A stretch of 64,000 nt of DNA from Paraspadella gotoi (GCA_051294375.1 CM119271.1:2511238-2575237); one strand, 5' to 3'; shown: positions 27,193 to 42,221, counted from the stretch's first letter. Numbers and translations are program-made. The notes: generated from the sequence alone by a model not told the origin.

Positions 27193-30100
27193 TCTTTTTC
27201 CCCGTTTCCTTCCCGCGTTGACTGACTTCCTTTGACCGCTCCCTATTTTGCCCAATTCTTTATATTTATGCAATCTGGAGAATTTAAAGGACTCCTCCTC
27301 TTCCCTCCTCTCTCCCTCCCTCTCTCTCTCTCCCTCCCTCTCTCTCTCTCTCTCTTTCCAAAAAAATACCCCGAGAGGACGAAATATTTTCCCGAGGAAG
27401 CGGCGGGCGAAAGAGACTCAGTTCATCAAAACAAAATCTGTTTAGTTCTAAAGTATCTGCATTGATTCGGCGGTTTTGAAAAACGAAACAAAAGGCCATC
27501 GGTTGAGTTATAAACTTAACTCTCAAGCCTGGATTGAAGGTTACAGTTCCAAAACTAGTCATAGGTTATAATGCACAAATGACTTAATAGTGATCGTAGT
27601 TTTAAAAATTATTCAGGCGATGAAATTATGATATTGGTACAACCAATATAAATATTATCCATCCAATTACTAACTAAGAGATGAAATTATGTGATTCTCA
27701 ACTACGCGAGGGGAAAAACTCTTAAAAACTATAATAAAACCATATGAACGACATGTATTTAGGCAGACAAGACAACAGACAACATAAGTAGAACGATATC
27801 TACCTATTACAAAAACGAACTGAACTAAACCCAAAAAGGAAGGTTGATTGAAAAAAAAAATTACATCTCTAAAAATGGTCGGAAATGTGGGCGCTCGCAA
27901 GATTTTCAGCCCGTTATGTAGTAGGCCCAACGTAAATATTTGAAAAAGGAAAAAGGAATATATAATTCTGAACAGGAATGAGAATCGAATCGAATGAAGA
28001 AGGGGAAAACGAGATGGTGGGGAACTGGTGGCGTGGAGGTCGAGGAAAAGAGGGAGGAGAAAAACTTTTTTAGTTAATTTTCAGGTTTTTAAGAATATGA
28101 AATTGGTACCAATATAACAATATTAAAATTATTAATTCATTTAATAAATAAGCTATCTTGTCCCTTACTTTGGACAGGCTTTGGTGGTTTAACGGCTTCA
28201 TCACTCTTACAAGATAATGACATAGCAGGTCCCTGCAAGCTTTCAATCAAAGACTCTCTCACAGGCTCGTTTATTCACTCCCAGAGTACATGGCTTTCCT
28301 ATCAATGAAGAGGTATAATATTTCAAAGAATATTTCATTTGTATGAAAAGAGGGGTATGTGAGAGGTTAGGGATTAGGGATTAAAGTTTAGGATTAGGAG
28401 TAAGTGGTTAGGGTTGGGAATTAGGTTTCGGAGTAAGGGGTTAAGGTTGGGGACTAGGAGGGAAAGAAAGTTTAAGGCGGGGGTAAAGGGAGAGGAGAAG
28501 GAAGGGAGGTGGAGAAAAGAGAAGGAGAATTCGGGTAGGAAGAGAGAAATAAAGAGAGGAGGAGGAAGAAGAGGTAGAAAAGGTCAATTAAAGTCAGATT
28601 AATACAAAAGAAAAAAAAAGAGAGGAGGCAGGCATAGTTTAGTCATCTCTTCTCCCCCTTTGAGTTTTTCCCGCGCTTTGGACTCACGCTGGTTTTTTCG
28701 AGTTCGACTATTTTTTCATCCGAGGAGGAAGAGCATTCGTTTTCTCCCGAATTGGCACATTTTACGCCGGGACATTAGCGGAGACGTACGCACGAGAGAG
28801 ACGAGAGGAGAGAGAGACGGAGGACGAGAGAGGATGAGAAGAGACGAGAGAGACGACCCGAAGGAGACGAAGAAGAGCAGAGAGAAGAGGGAGAGAGGCG
28901 TATTCCTATCCCTAGGGTCATCCGGATTACTCTTTTCAATTCTTAGGAAGCTATCTATAACGACACCTAGCGTCGCGATAGATACTTTCAAAAGCTCTCG
29001 CTTACTCTGATACATTTCCCTGCGATCATGATACACCAGATCTTGATTTGGTCATTTTTTGGCTCGGGCTTTCTTCACCTGTTCCGCAATCGCGAGGCTG
29101 GTGGGGGAGGACGCAGCAGCAGAGCATTTGAGAGAGGGAAGACCAGTCGCGATCAGCAGCTGCAGGACTGTGCAAGCCGCGCACTGTGGTATGCTGCCGC
29201 ACACATGAGCAGACGAGAGATAATCGACTTTTGATCTCGATTGATGATAGAGTATCTAGAGATGACTCGAGAGAGAGTATGAGTTTCTCCCTGCTCAAGC
29301 GAGAACGCAGACCATATCCGAGATGCTAAGAGAAAGACGAGACGATGAAGCACAAGAGCTAGAAAGAAGAGAAGAGGAGAGACGAGAGCAGAGAGACTGA
29401 GAGAATTACGAGATCGAAAATGTTTATGTGCGATCGATCAATATAAAGTGAGCATCCCACGTCAGAGCAGAGTCTCGTCGTCTGTAGCTATCGCGAGTCA
29501 TTAGAGCGAGTTGGAGCGGAGATCGATCTGGGATTAGAAAGTATTTTCAAAGTAATTTTTTTTTACTTTGGAACGAGACGGAGAAAAAAACGAAGTTCTT
29601 TTGCCAGAAAAACGACTGTAATGTTTAATGTTTATGAATTTCAAATCTCATCGATAGTCTTTTAAAGCTTATTATTTCCGTAGCGTTATCAAAATGAGAT
29701 GGTGATTAATTACTAATTTTCATAAACTGTTTTACGAGGATTTGGAAATGAATAGCTTCCATAAAAAATCTGAAAATTAAGTTGTTTTTTTTAGAATATT
29801 GGTAGTAATAAATTAGCTATCTAATTAGTTTCGAATACCCTTTGATATCGCCTCAATCATTAAAATTAACTGACCGGCATCGAGATATCGTGATATATCT
29901 TCTTCCTCCCCAGTTGGTTTCAAACGTCATTACGCGTCGAATGGATTAACCGTATTTATTCTACTGTGTATTCAGTGACGTCACGTCGAGGGCCAAAGAT
30001 TATAAACAATTTGAAAAAGAAAAAAGAAAAAAGGAGAAAAAAAGAATTTAATTGTTTCGTTTTGCTTCGTCGATTTTCGGTTTTTTTGTTTTGATTTCGA

Positions 30101-32497
30101 TGAAAGAAAAAGAAACTTTGAGAAAAAAATATAAGACAAAAAAAGGTGGACAATCGCTACTTTTGTTTTGTTATTGTTTCTTTGGTTTTTGATCGGCGGG
30201 GGTCGTCTCTCTTCCAGTTCCTCTCTCTTCTTCTCTCTCTCTCTCCTCCTCTCTCTCTCTCTCCTCTCTCTCTCTCTTCAGATCATCTCTCATCGTCTCT
30301 CCGATCTCATCCTCCTCTCTCTCTATCCTGCTGTCGTAATCTGTCCTTGTCCTCTCTATATCTTCTCTGTCCTTTCTTTCTATCCTCTGTGTCGTATATG
30401 TCTTCTTCTCTCTCTCTATCCTCTCTGACCTTTCTTTCTCTCTATCTCTGTGTCGTATCTGTCTTTTCTCTCTCTATCCTCTGTCCTTTCTCTCTACCAT
30501 CTTTGTCAAATCTCTACTTTTCTTCTTTGTCCTTTCTTTTATTCTTTAATTTTTTAAAACTACTTGAAAATTCAAAAACAAAAAAACAAAACACCTGTTA
30601 CCATTTAGCTTCCACCACAGGACGTCTTTTCTGGCCGATTTTTTTAAAGGAAGAGCGAGACCGAGACAGAAAGAGAGATAGACATAGAGCGAGAGAGAGC
30701 GAGAGAGAGAGAGAGAGATAGCTAGAGAGTGTGTGAGAGAGTGAGATGATCTATTACCCAAGTTTCCTTTCTTGTTTTAAGTTGTAACTTTGGATATCGA
30801 TATCGTAAAATAACTATCACTCACTCTCTCCTTTCTCTCTCTCTTTCTCTCTCTTGAAAAATATTTTAAAAATATAATCCTAACTTAGCTATAATTATTA
30901 TTAATGAACTGGTAAGCTATATTCAACGGGAAACTTTAAAATTCATCATTAGATTACAAAATCATAAATATAAATCAATATAATCTCATTTGCATGTTGC
31001 AGTAGACAGAATCTTCCTTTGATTTTGGGTTCTAGATTAAACAGACGAAAAGCGTTTTAATAAATCTAAAATTCCTCAAAAATAAACAATAATGATGCCT
31101 GAAAATCCTGTTAAAACATTATTTTTAACCTGATTATAAGGCAATAGAAGTTGTGCAAAAAGACCGTCAGCCGAACCATCGCCTAAAAAAAATAAAGAGG
31201 TATTTTAAATATCACAGAAGCATTTCAGTCTGCTCCGGCCACTAATACTTTATACTACAAAAAATATTTGACAGTTGCGTTACCAGTCGCGACTAATTCA
31301 TTTCTTTTTATCAATTAATTTTTTCTTTTTTCTTCATACTTCATGTTATTATTTTAATTTATACTATATTTTTTTGCAAATTGAAAAATATTCTTTGTGC
31401 CGCAGACACTGTTCAGTTTAATCTCTTGAAAGTGATTTACACGTAATTTGGTTAATTTTAAAATTGTAATCGTCCGTTTAAACTTTAATCATCCGTGGAG
31501 CTCTCGCCACTCAAGACTTGATTTTTCTTAACCCCGGGGAGGTTTAAAGCCACAAAGACCTTACCTCAGATGTTTGCCCGACTCTTCCCACTCACTTTCT
31601 CCGATTCAACGGCCGCCTTTATGCGCCCATTACCACCTTGGGATCTGTCTCTAATCCTTTCCTAATCCCTTACCTCAACCTCCCCCCCTTCTTTTGCTGC
31701 TTCTCATATTCTCGACGCTATCATTCCCATCAAGGAACTTCTAAAAATTATTAAATATAAAAATACTTAAAAATATATATTGTATTACTTTCTCTTTCTC
31801 TTCAATTTTATTTCATTTGCCCACCATCCTTTTAATTTCGTAAATGCTAAAGTTTTTTTTATCATATCACAAAAAATAAAGTTTTTTTTTACTCGCTTCA
31901 CCTAAATCTCCATTTTTTGTTTTTTTCTTGTTTGTTTACGTTTCGTCGCTAAACGCGAAACACGCGGAACCAAAAAGAAAAACAAACAAAAGGGAAAAGC
32001 GGAGAACGGACGAAAGATGAGAGAGAGAGAGNNNNNNNNNNNNNNNNNNNNNNNNNAAAAGAGAGAGAGAGAGAGAAGAGGAGAGAAGAGAAGAGAGAGA
32101 GAGAGAGAAGAAGAGAGAGAGAGAGAAAGAGAGAGGAGGAGAGAGGGAAAGAGAAATCCGCTGATTTAAGCAACGATAAAATTAACAGTTTTATGTAGCG
32201 AAAGGAAAATATTATGAATTATGATGCCCGAGTCTTGACTTTGTCAAACTATTTTAAAATCTGTTTTCGACGTATTGATGTATAAAAAAGAATTATCTAA
32301 GGCCTCGGTTAAACCGTCCCTGTTGATGGTGAGGAAAGAATGGGCGGACAAAGACGGAGGGCTTTAAAAATGTATCTCTAATATGACACTGGGAAGCCTT
32401 GAAAATGAAAGGGGACAGGTCCCGGTGAATTTTGAAAGTAAACAAGAATGATAAAGAGGATAAAGAAAGAAAATCATTCTTCTCCGCGTTTTTTGGT

Positions 32498-32582
<85 letters not shown>

Positions 32583-33287
32583 TGCAATATTGAGGTTAGG
32601 AGAGGGAGAAAAAACAGGCGTAAATGAATGTTTTTCCGGGTTTTCAAGAGGATCACTGTGTCATCGAATAATGCTCGGAAAAAATAAAAGAGAGAAAAGA
32701 GAAAGAAAGAGAAGAGAGAGAGAAGAGAGAGAGAGAGAGGTTTCTTTTTCAACAATTTTTTAATAGAAAAAGTTAAAAATAAAACGGGAAAGTATTAATA
32801 CATGGCATGTGCCAACCGGTAATGGACAAAGGGAACAAAATATTTAGTAAAATTCTTTATTCACTGAACGTGGAAGAAAGATAATAAATGGAACGAATGG
32901 AGGGACGACGGACGGACGAGACGGACGGACGGACGGACGGCCGGACGGATGGATTGAATGAATTAAACTTGGGGATTAATTCTTTTATTCTCGTTCTGAA
33001 AAGATTGTCACTGGCAAATGCCAACAGAAAAGTAATGGAAGTATAATAAAGAGAAAATTGCAAAAAAAAGTAAAGAAAGAGAGAAAGAAAAGAAAAAAAA
33101 GAAAGAAGAATAGAACAAAATAAGAAAGAAAATAAAGGTAAGAAAGAAAGAAAGAAAGAAAAGAAAGAAAGAAGCCGGACGAGGCTTCCACGCATCTAAG
33201 AAAAACTCCTGCAAGGTTATTTCTGCTGTGTTCGTTATCAATGGACCGCGATCTCGCCGCCATCTCTCTCTCGTCTCTCTCTCTCTC

Positions 33288-33324
<37 letters not shown>

Positions 33325-33580
33325 CTCTCCTCGTCTCTTCTCTCTCTCTCTCTCTCTCCTTCCTTCCTTCGTTTGGCATTCCTCCTCATCTCCCTCGTTA
33401 ATGAGAGGCAGGTTATCCCTTTTTTTTCTTTCTCCTTTCTCTCTCTCTCTCTCTTCTCTTCTCTCTTCTCTCTCTCTCCTCTCTTCCCCTCTCTCTCTTC
33501 TCTCATCTCTCTCTCTCTCCTCCCTCTCCTCTCCTCTCCCTCACCATGCGAACGACCTCAACCATCGGGTCTCTCCATCC

Positions 33581-33614
<34 letters not shown>

Positions 33615-33962
33615 AAGAGAAATATCCGCTTGATTTAAGGCAACGATAAATTAACAGTTTTATGTAGGCGAAAGGATATATTATGAATTATGATGCCGAG
33701 TCTTGACTTTGTCAAAACTTTTTAAAAATCTGTTTTCGGACGTATTGATTATAAAAAAAAGAATTATCTAAGCCTCGGTTAAAACCGCCTGTTGTGGTGA
33801 GGAAGAATGGGCGGACAAAGACGAGGGCTTTTAAATGTATCTCTATATGACACTGGGAAGCCTTGAGAAATGAAAGGGGACAGGTCCCGGTGAATTTTGA
33901 AAGTAAACAAGAATGATAAAGAGGATAAAGAAAGAAAATCATTCTTCTCCGCGTTTTTTGGT

Positions 33963-34046
<84 letters not shown>

Positions 34047-34163
34047 TGCAATATTGAGGATTAGGAAGAGGGAGAAAAAACAGGCGAAATGAATGTTTTC
34101 CGGGTTTCAAGAGGATCACTGTGTCATCGAATAATGCTCGGGAAAAAATAAAGAGAGAAAGAG

Positions 34164-34205
<42 letters not shown>

Positions 34206-34608
34206 TTTCTTTTTCAACAATTTTTTTAATAAGAAAAAGTTAAAAATAAAACGTGGAAAGTATTAATACATGGATGTGCCAACGTATGGACAAAGGGACA
34301 AAATAATTTAGTAAAATTTCTTTATTCACTAGAAACGTTGGAAGAAAGATAATAAATGGAACGATGGAGGGACGGACGGACGGACGGACGGACGGACGGA
34401 CGGACGGACGGACGGATGGATGAATGAATTAACTTGGGGATTAAGTCTTTTATTCTCGCTGAAAAGATTGTCAGCTGGCAAATGCCAACAGAAAGAATGG
34501 AAGTATAAATAAAGAAGAAAATTGCAAAAAAAAGTGAAAGAAAGAGAGAAAGAAAGAAAAAAAAAGAAAGAAAGAAATAAAGAAACAAAAAATAAAGAAA
34601 GAAATAAA

Positions 34609-34645
<37 letters not shown>

Positions 34646-34792
34646 CCGGACGAGGCTTCCCGCATCTAAGAAAAACTCCTGCAGGTTATTTCTCGTGTTC
34701 GTTATCATGGACCGCGATCTCGCGCCATCTCTCTCTCTCTCTCTCTCTCTNNNNNNNNNNNNNNNNNNNNNNNNNCTCTCTCTCTCTCTCTC

Positions 34793-34835
<43 letters not shown>

Positions 34836-34914
34836 TCCTTCCTTCGGTTTGGCATTCCTCTCATTCTCTCGTTAATGAGAGGCAGGTTTTAATCCCTTTT
34901 TTTTCTTTCTCCTT

Positions 34915-34958
<44 letters not shown>

Positions 34959-35414
34959 TCCCTCTCTCTCTTCTCTCATCTCTCTCTCTCTCCTCCCTCT
35001 CCCCTCTCCCTCACCATGCGAACGACCTCAACCATCGGGTCTCTCCATCCCCGTCTCTCATCCCCTCCCTAATCCAAATCGCCCGATCCATCAATTCTCA
35101 CACTCGCCGAATTTTTGTAACGAAATCTTTTTTGTTTTGATTCGTTAATGGGAGACGATGTTACGAGTTAACGATTGACGCGGTGAGAGATATTGGGTTG
35201 ATTCACCCCCACCCTCGCCTCTAGAGCGAGAGAGAGAGGGAGAGAGAGGGAGAGAGAGAAAGAGAGAAGAGAGAGAAAGAGAGAGGATATTTTTTCTGCC
35301 TCAAGATGAGTGGTGTTAACTTTTCCCCGCAATTTTTCGATTCCTCGTTGTTTTCGGACTGTCGGCGGTGGAAACCTGCGAAGCGTCGGAAAGAGAGAGA
35401 GAGCAGAGAGAGAA

Positions 35415-35465
<51 letters not shown>

Positions 35466-35641
35466 TTTGAAACAAAAAAATTCCGAGATTAAAGCGACGC
35501 AAAATGAATGAAATTCCGTCAAAGAGGCAAAATGAAAAGGGTGCGGATTTCTTTGTTTACTTTTCTTTCGTAAGAACTTTTTTTTTGTTTACTCCCTCTG
35601 TCGGAATGATCGTGAGTACAGGCAGAGTGCAAAAGAGAAGG

Positions 35642-35686
<45 letters not shown>

Positions 35687-37744
35687 GAGAGAGGAGAAGA
35701 GCACCGAGAGAGAGAGAGAGCAGGGAGAGAGAGAGGAGAAATCGAATACTAAAAAAGAGAAGAGGGAAAACAAAAGAAAAACGTAAAGAGAACAGATCCA
35801 AGATAAAAAAACAAGATAAGTTCAAACTCGAACAAGAGAGATTATCCAAACCCTTCTCTCCTCCGCTCCGCCCCCCCTCGTCCCTTCTTATCTCCTCACA
35901 ACCTCCCCCCTTCCCCTTAATCGATCCCCTCGAGATCTTGCGCGGTGGTGGACCTACTTTTTCTCTGCTCCCTCCCGCCTCCCCTTAAGGCCTTTCTCTT
36001 TCTTTTTCCTTTTGTTTTCACCTTTGATGTTTTCCTTTTTAATCCTTCGCGTGTTTTTTTTTTAGTCGCTATCGAGTGAAATTAATTACGGTTAGCATTA
36101 AAAAAACGTTAGGGGGGGTGGGTCGATTTGGAGTAATGAAATTGTTTCTTTCTTTCTTTTTCCTTCTTATTATGTCATTTTATCTAGTTTTCTACGCAGT
36201 CATTTTGCTTTATTTTACGTCGGTGTTTTCTGTCGTCATTTTTAAGTTATGGTTTTGTTAAAACTACTATTCCTCTCTTTTTGGTTATGTCATTTGTTTC
36301 TTTCATGTCTTTTGTACAGTATCATTTGTGCCAATATAAAAAAGTATATGAAAGTTTAGAACTTCAGATCCATGAGCCTGAATCGAAGTAAAAAAAAATT
36401 CTTATGCCAAATGAAGAAGAAAAAAAATCCCATTGAGATTCGCCTTTGATCTACATTTCGATGGATCGATCAATGTTGTTGTTGTTGTTTGTTGTTGTTT
36501 TGTCTATCAGATCGTTACCCACCTTAATAAAACCGGTCTTGTTCTCCGGATTATATCTTAGATCAGTTTGATTTGTTTCAAATTACCAGGGTTATTGATA
36601 CCGAACCTACGTTGAACATTTATCTGATATCCGTACTATTTTCAGTCTGGTTATTCTCTGGTTATTCTTCCTTCTCATTCATCCTACATCAGTAGCGGGC
36701 ATTTTCCAGGTTCACCCCGCCAGAAGACTTTGTTCCTCCCTTCCTGACCCCGTCGCCCATCGTGTAAAGCAATTAATTCATGACTGCTAGCTGCCCGGTT
36801 CAATCCCAACCCGATACCCGCGCGTCGGGAAGCTTGCGGACGGCCGTAAACCGCCTAGGGGGCGTGAAAAACCCCGCAAGGCCCAGGACCCGTTCCAGGG
36901 CTGCTTGAGGGGGTTGAAGAATTTACCGAAGTCGTCTTCAACCAACTTGGCGCGAAATCAAAACCCATTCGCAACCCCCACCTACTTCCTCCATCCAACA
37001 GGCCAACCCGGTTCACTCTTTCATCGTGAAGAACCAACCCGTGAGTCTCACCTGCTCCGCCTCCGCCTCCAACCGGATCTACTTCAAGTGCAACGACGAG
37101 TGGGTGCGACCGGAGGCGCACAAGACGCGGGAGATCGTGGACGCGGAGGCGGAAAGGATCGTCGTGGAGTCGGCCGTCGAGATCACGAGGCTTCAAGTGA
37201 GTTGTGGGGATTTCGGGTTTTTTCGTTTTCAATGATTTGGATCGAAGATTTAGTTGGTTTCGTTGATTTATAGGACGTGTTTATTGGGTAGAGTGAATGG
37301 GTTGGTTAGTTACATAATACATATGGATTGAAATATTGTTAATAGTTCAGTTAATAATAGTTCAGATTGATGGGATAGTCGGACGAATAGTTGGAAATGG
37401 TCAGTGGATAGTGGATACATTTATTTAAATGAATTGTTGTATCAATATTGTTCTTCGGTTAACACATGGTTTCATTTGTGGATGTTTTTGGTTAAATATC
37501 GTTTTCTTTGTTGTTTATTGTTTTCTGATGTTGTTTTCTGATGTTGTTTTCTCACAATTCGTTATAAACGTATAAGAATTAAACAGTATAGCGTATTTAT
37601 AGGCTTGTTGCATCTTTAATAAAACAATTTCTTGTGAAAATCAAATTTTTCTGTCTGTAAAGCGTAATTTATAATAATTTACTATGTGTACATTAAATAT
37701 CTCTGATCTCTAAAGTTGGATCCAAAATCGGCGTTAGATTCCAG

Positions 37745-37780
<36 letters not shown>

Positions 37781-38439
37781 NNNNNNNNNNNNNNNNNNNN
37801 NNNNNGAGAGAGAGAGAGAGATTTTGGGTGAATTCAATCTCGTGACGGAAAATTCTGGTCTATTTTTTTTTTGCAGAGAATCGAGGCGAGAATTTTATTT
37901 GCACCGCGGGATGATTGATGACTGATTGATTGATTGATGATTGACTAATTATTTTAGATTATTGATTGGCTGAAGTGTTTGACTGAACTTATTTGCTGGA
38001 TTAATTGAATGAGAGAATCTTTTTGCCAAAGCATCGCGTAACAGATGATCGAATTCTTCCTGTCGAAATGCGCGATTGTACTGGTTAAAAAACCACTGCT
38101 TCGCCTTTTTTTGACTGAACCAACGAACCAAGCAATGAGATAAACTGTTGGTTGAGGTAAACAGTTGCAATTTCCGCCAGATTTTCTTTCAATTGGCTGA
38201 ACTCTTCTTTTTTTCCACTTAATTGGCAAAAGCCGGCGCGACTCTTTCCAGACCGATAGGCTAAATTCCTTCTTTTTCCTTTTCATTACTTAAAAAACAC
38301 CACACAAAAAAAAAAACAGTTTCTTGTTTCCACGAGAGATTCGACGCCACACCGTCTTTCGAAGGTGGGCGATTGTAAAACAAACTGAGGAGATGCTCTC
38401 TCTCTCAAAATGTCAGTAAGTCACTACATCGTCTCTCTC

Positions 38440-38498
<59 letters not shown>

Positions 38499-41400
38499 AG
38501 GTGGAGACGTATTTTGGCATCGAAGGTTACACTTGCCGAATGCGTCGCTATTCCAAAGCCGACAACCGGCGAAGGCCAAAGTCCGAACCGCCTTTTTGAA
38601 AAAGTAAGGCAAGAAGAGCAAGAGTAAAAGGGGGTGAGGTAGAGAAGGAAAGAGGCAGAGGAAGAACAAATAACGGCACTATTTCCAAAAAGCTTCGATT
38701 CTGTTTAGAATCTCTTACCTTAATTTATTTTAAAAAAATATATTAACGTAATTTTAATTCAATGTTTAGAATATTATAACCCAAATACAATTGTGTTAAA
38801 CTTTTTTCATTGTGTATGTATTAGATTAATACGCTGATGAAGCCGAAACATGTCCGTTTTTTTTTTTAAATCTGTTGAAATTCGTTTAAAACTTTTTACT
38901 AACTCAAATACCTACTTTAACCTTACTTTTAAACTTTTTTTTTAAACCAAAACTTATCTTTTTAACCATATTAAACCCTTACCCCGAACCTTCTTGACCC
39001 AATTCCGTAACAAAATTATCTACTAAATCTAACAAACTTAATTCCTTAACTTACTTTTATCCAATTTATTAATATTTATTATAAATTAATTAAAATCGGA
39101 CGCTTTTAGAAAATAGGATGAAATGTCTTGAGACTTGAATGCGAAATGTGTTTGGCGGCAAGAATTTTTTTTTTTGGCCTCGGATGGAACGGCATTCCTT
39201 GCATTCCTGCATTCCTCTAGCATCTGATATTTATGCGATAGTTTCTTTATTGCGAGTGTGATCTTGCAGTTGTAGCAATTAGAAATTGGCAAATGAATAC
39301 TTTTTCGTCATTCTGGCCATTAAGACCGTTTAAGCCATATTTGCCATATAACTAATGAGTTCATTAATTGTATTCTCTATCGTAATCACAATATTTCCCC
39401 CCCATTTAGTAAAGCTCATAAAGCTGTGAACCAAAAATCTACTTAAGTATTGCCAAAGAGAATTCTCTGAAAAACTATAGAATGTTTAATCATTTTCATA
39501 ATTATTGAAATTATTTATTATTTTATATTATTATTATTATTATATTATTATATTATTATTATTATCTCCTCAGCTCTTCGAAACGCGAGCCTATCGCCAC
39601 ATCGGTGAGGAACATCATTCTGTGCACTTCAGTGCCTTCCCCACAGGGCTTCCACTTCCAGAGGTGAGGTCGATGGAGGAAGGGTGAGGTAAGACGGACA
39701 TCAGATAACTTGTTTTATCGATCCCTGTTTTTTTTTTAATAACAAATTTTTTTTTTTTTTTTTTAAATGCAGGCAATATCACGTGTACACAGCTTGCTGT
39801 GTCCATATACCTCTATATGTCCGGCAATAACAAAAACGTATTAACATAATTGAAAGACAGTAATGCTATAACAGTAACAGTAACGCAGTAATATAACGCA
39901 GTAATAGTACGCTACATAACAGCATTAAAAGACTAGAACACAGTAAAAAATACAACCTAGATGATCACGAAAAATATAACAAAACCACAACATCAAACAC
40001 GTAACACTACTAAAATGTTCGTAAACAAAATATAAAATCAAAATCTGAAACAAAAATGACGTTTAGAAACAAACGCCAATTATTCATAATTGTTTTTTTT
40101 TTTAATACCAAAACAGCATTAACTCAATCATAAAATATAATCTGAAAAAAATTTCACGCTCGTCCACATCGCGTTAATACGATAAACATCATCTCACTCA
40201 GTTCGGCAATAAGTGCTTCTAGATCTCTTTGAAAGATAGGATAGATAGTTGGCTTTAAATAGTACATGCAGTCGAGTTTAAACTTATCAAAATATGATTA
40301 TTTTGGCCATCCGTTAATGTTACTATAATTTCCGTGCCAACACTTTTAAACGCTCGTTACGATCACGACAATATGCAAATGAGATTAAAGCTTTATTTTT
40401 TTCCTCTCTCTCTCTCCCCCCACTCCAACCGGACCCCCCCTTCTCCGGACTCGAAATAATTCATTCGCCATCTCGAGCCTCAGCCCTACAATTAGTCACG
40501 TGACCCCCAGCTCCGCCTCACATTTTCTCTACACGAAGTTCGTAATCCCCGAGTTTCCGTTAAAACCGATGACTCAGCGTTTATTTTTTTTTGATGATTT
40601 GATTCCTCGGCCCTTCGTTCTCGTCATTTGCACGAAGGATTCCGGCGGACGAATTCGTAACCGAGTTGCATAAAATGTAACTTAGTTATCTACGGCTTTT
40701 GCCTTTGAGAATTTTTTTTTATTATTGTTAGGGAGTGAGAAAAACGAAAAAAATAGTTTATATCCCAGGCGTTTGTTTATATTAAGGAAGCGACCTTAGA
40801 CGGAATATATCATTATTATCGTACGATTTGATGGGATACATTGTTTTGATTGTATTATTGTCGTAACGAATCAACTCCTTTTTCGCTACGAAAACATGAG
40901 AAAGGACGACGACGACGACAACAACAACATAACTACAAAAATTCGACGTCAAACAACAACGACGACAGCTACATGAAGACAACAACAATCATTCTGTGGG
41001 AGATGTATTAAAAAACATTGTTGAGCACTTAGCTCTAACCTAATTTGTACCTTGTAGATTCACTGGCGAAGCCATTCACTCTCAAAAATAAGAATCAATC
41101 CAAATCACAAGATTTAATAAAATAATCAGAGCAGAGCAACAAGAGTGAGCTATTGAGAAATAAAGAGAGCAGAGAGAGAGCTACAGATAGAGCTCAAAGC
41201 TGTACAAAAATAATAATTTCAATGATTAGAATTCATTTCAAAGAGTTACAAATATTCATCATGTTACCTAATGTTTCCTGGCAATCTCCTAAAAAGTTTA
41301 ACATCTACTTGCCCTTTATACTTCTTTAAATTTAAATAGACCAATTAAAAACGACTTTCGACTTTTGAGAATACTAACCAATAATTGATCAGAAAGGTCT

Positions 41401-42221
41401 CGTCCAATCAGATTTAAGAACTAAATATCAACCAATGAAATCATAGAATAGAGGACGAGTTGAGAATTAAGCTAGTAACGTTATTGGTATTCCATATAAA
41501 CTGAATATTAATTTCGAAATCAATAAATATTATAAACTATTTAACATTCTATTCGCGGAAATTACAACAACGAAAACAACAATTTAAAAACAATGACATG
41601 AAACAAGAAACGACAACGACAAAACCTACTACGGGACGACCAAAACATTAAATTTAAAATACGTACATAACACCGGAATTTTAAAACTACCAACCACTAC
41701 GCACAAAAAAAAAACCCGCCACTTGGTAACCTCTCTCCGCCAACCTGACCTCACCACAACTCCCCACTCCCTTTATCTTTCCACAACCATCAGGTCTTCT
41801 TGGTTGAAGAACGAGAAACTCCTCGACGTGAAGAATCTCGTCGGTCACATCATCACAACGAGGGAATCTGATCATCAGTCAGGCACAGTTGTCCGACACG
41901 GGTGAGCCAAGTCACTGTGGGAGAGTGAGTGGGGAAGAAAGGAAGAGTCGGAATGTTTTTTTCGCGCCGAAGAGAGAAAGAAAAAGAGTGGATGTAATTT
42001 AAACGGGTTCTTATGGAGAGGGAAGAGTAAAGAGTTGATAGAGAGAGAGAGAGATGAAAGAGAGCGAGAAGAGAGAGAGAGAGAAGAGAGAGAGAGAGGC
42101 AGCGAAAAAACAAAGGCTATATATATATCCAATTCGAGCGAGTTGAAGAGAGAGAGAGAATCTGTGGAAATTACGGTAAATGATAGCAATGAGTTGAGAG
42201 AGAGAGAGAGGAGAGAGAGAG

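Noticed and set aside
36786-36812. GGTTCAATCCC B-box/tRNA T-loop-like motif
   Set aside because: No cloverleaf, A-box or second copy could be found.
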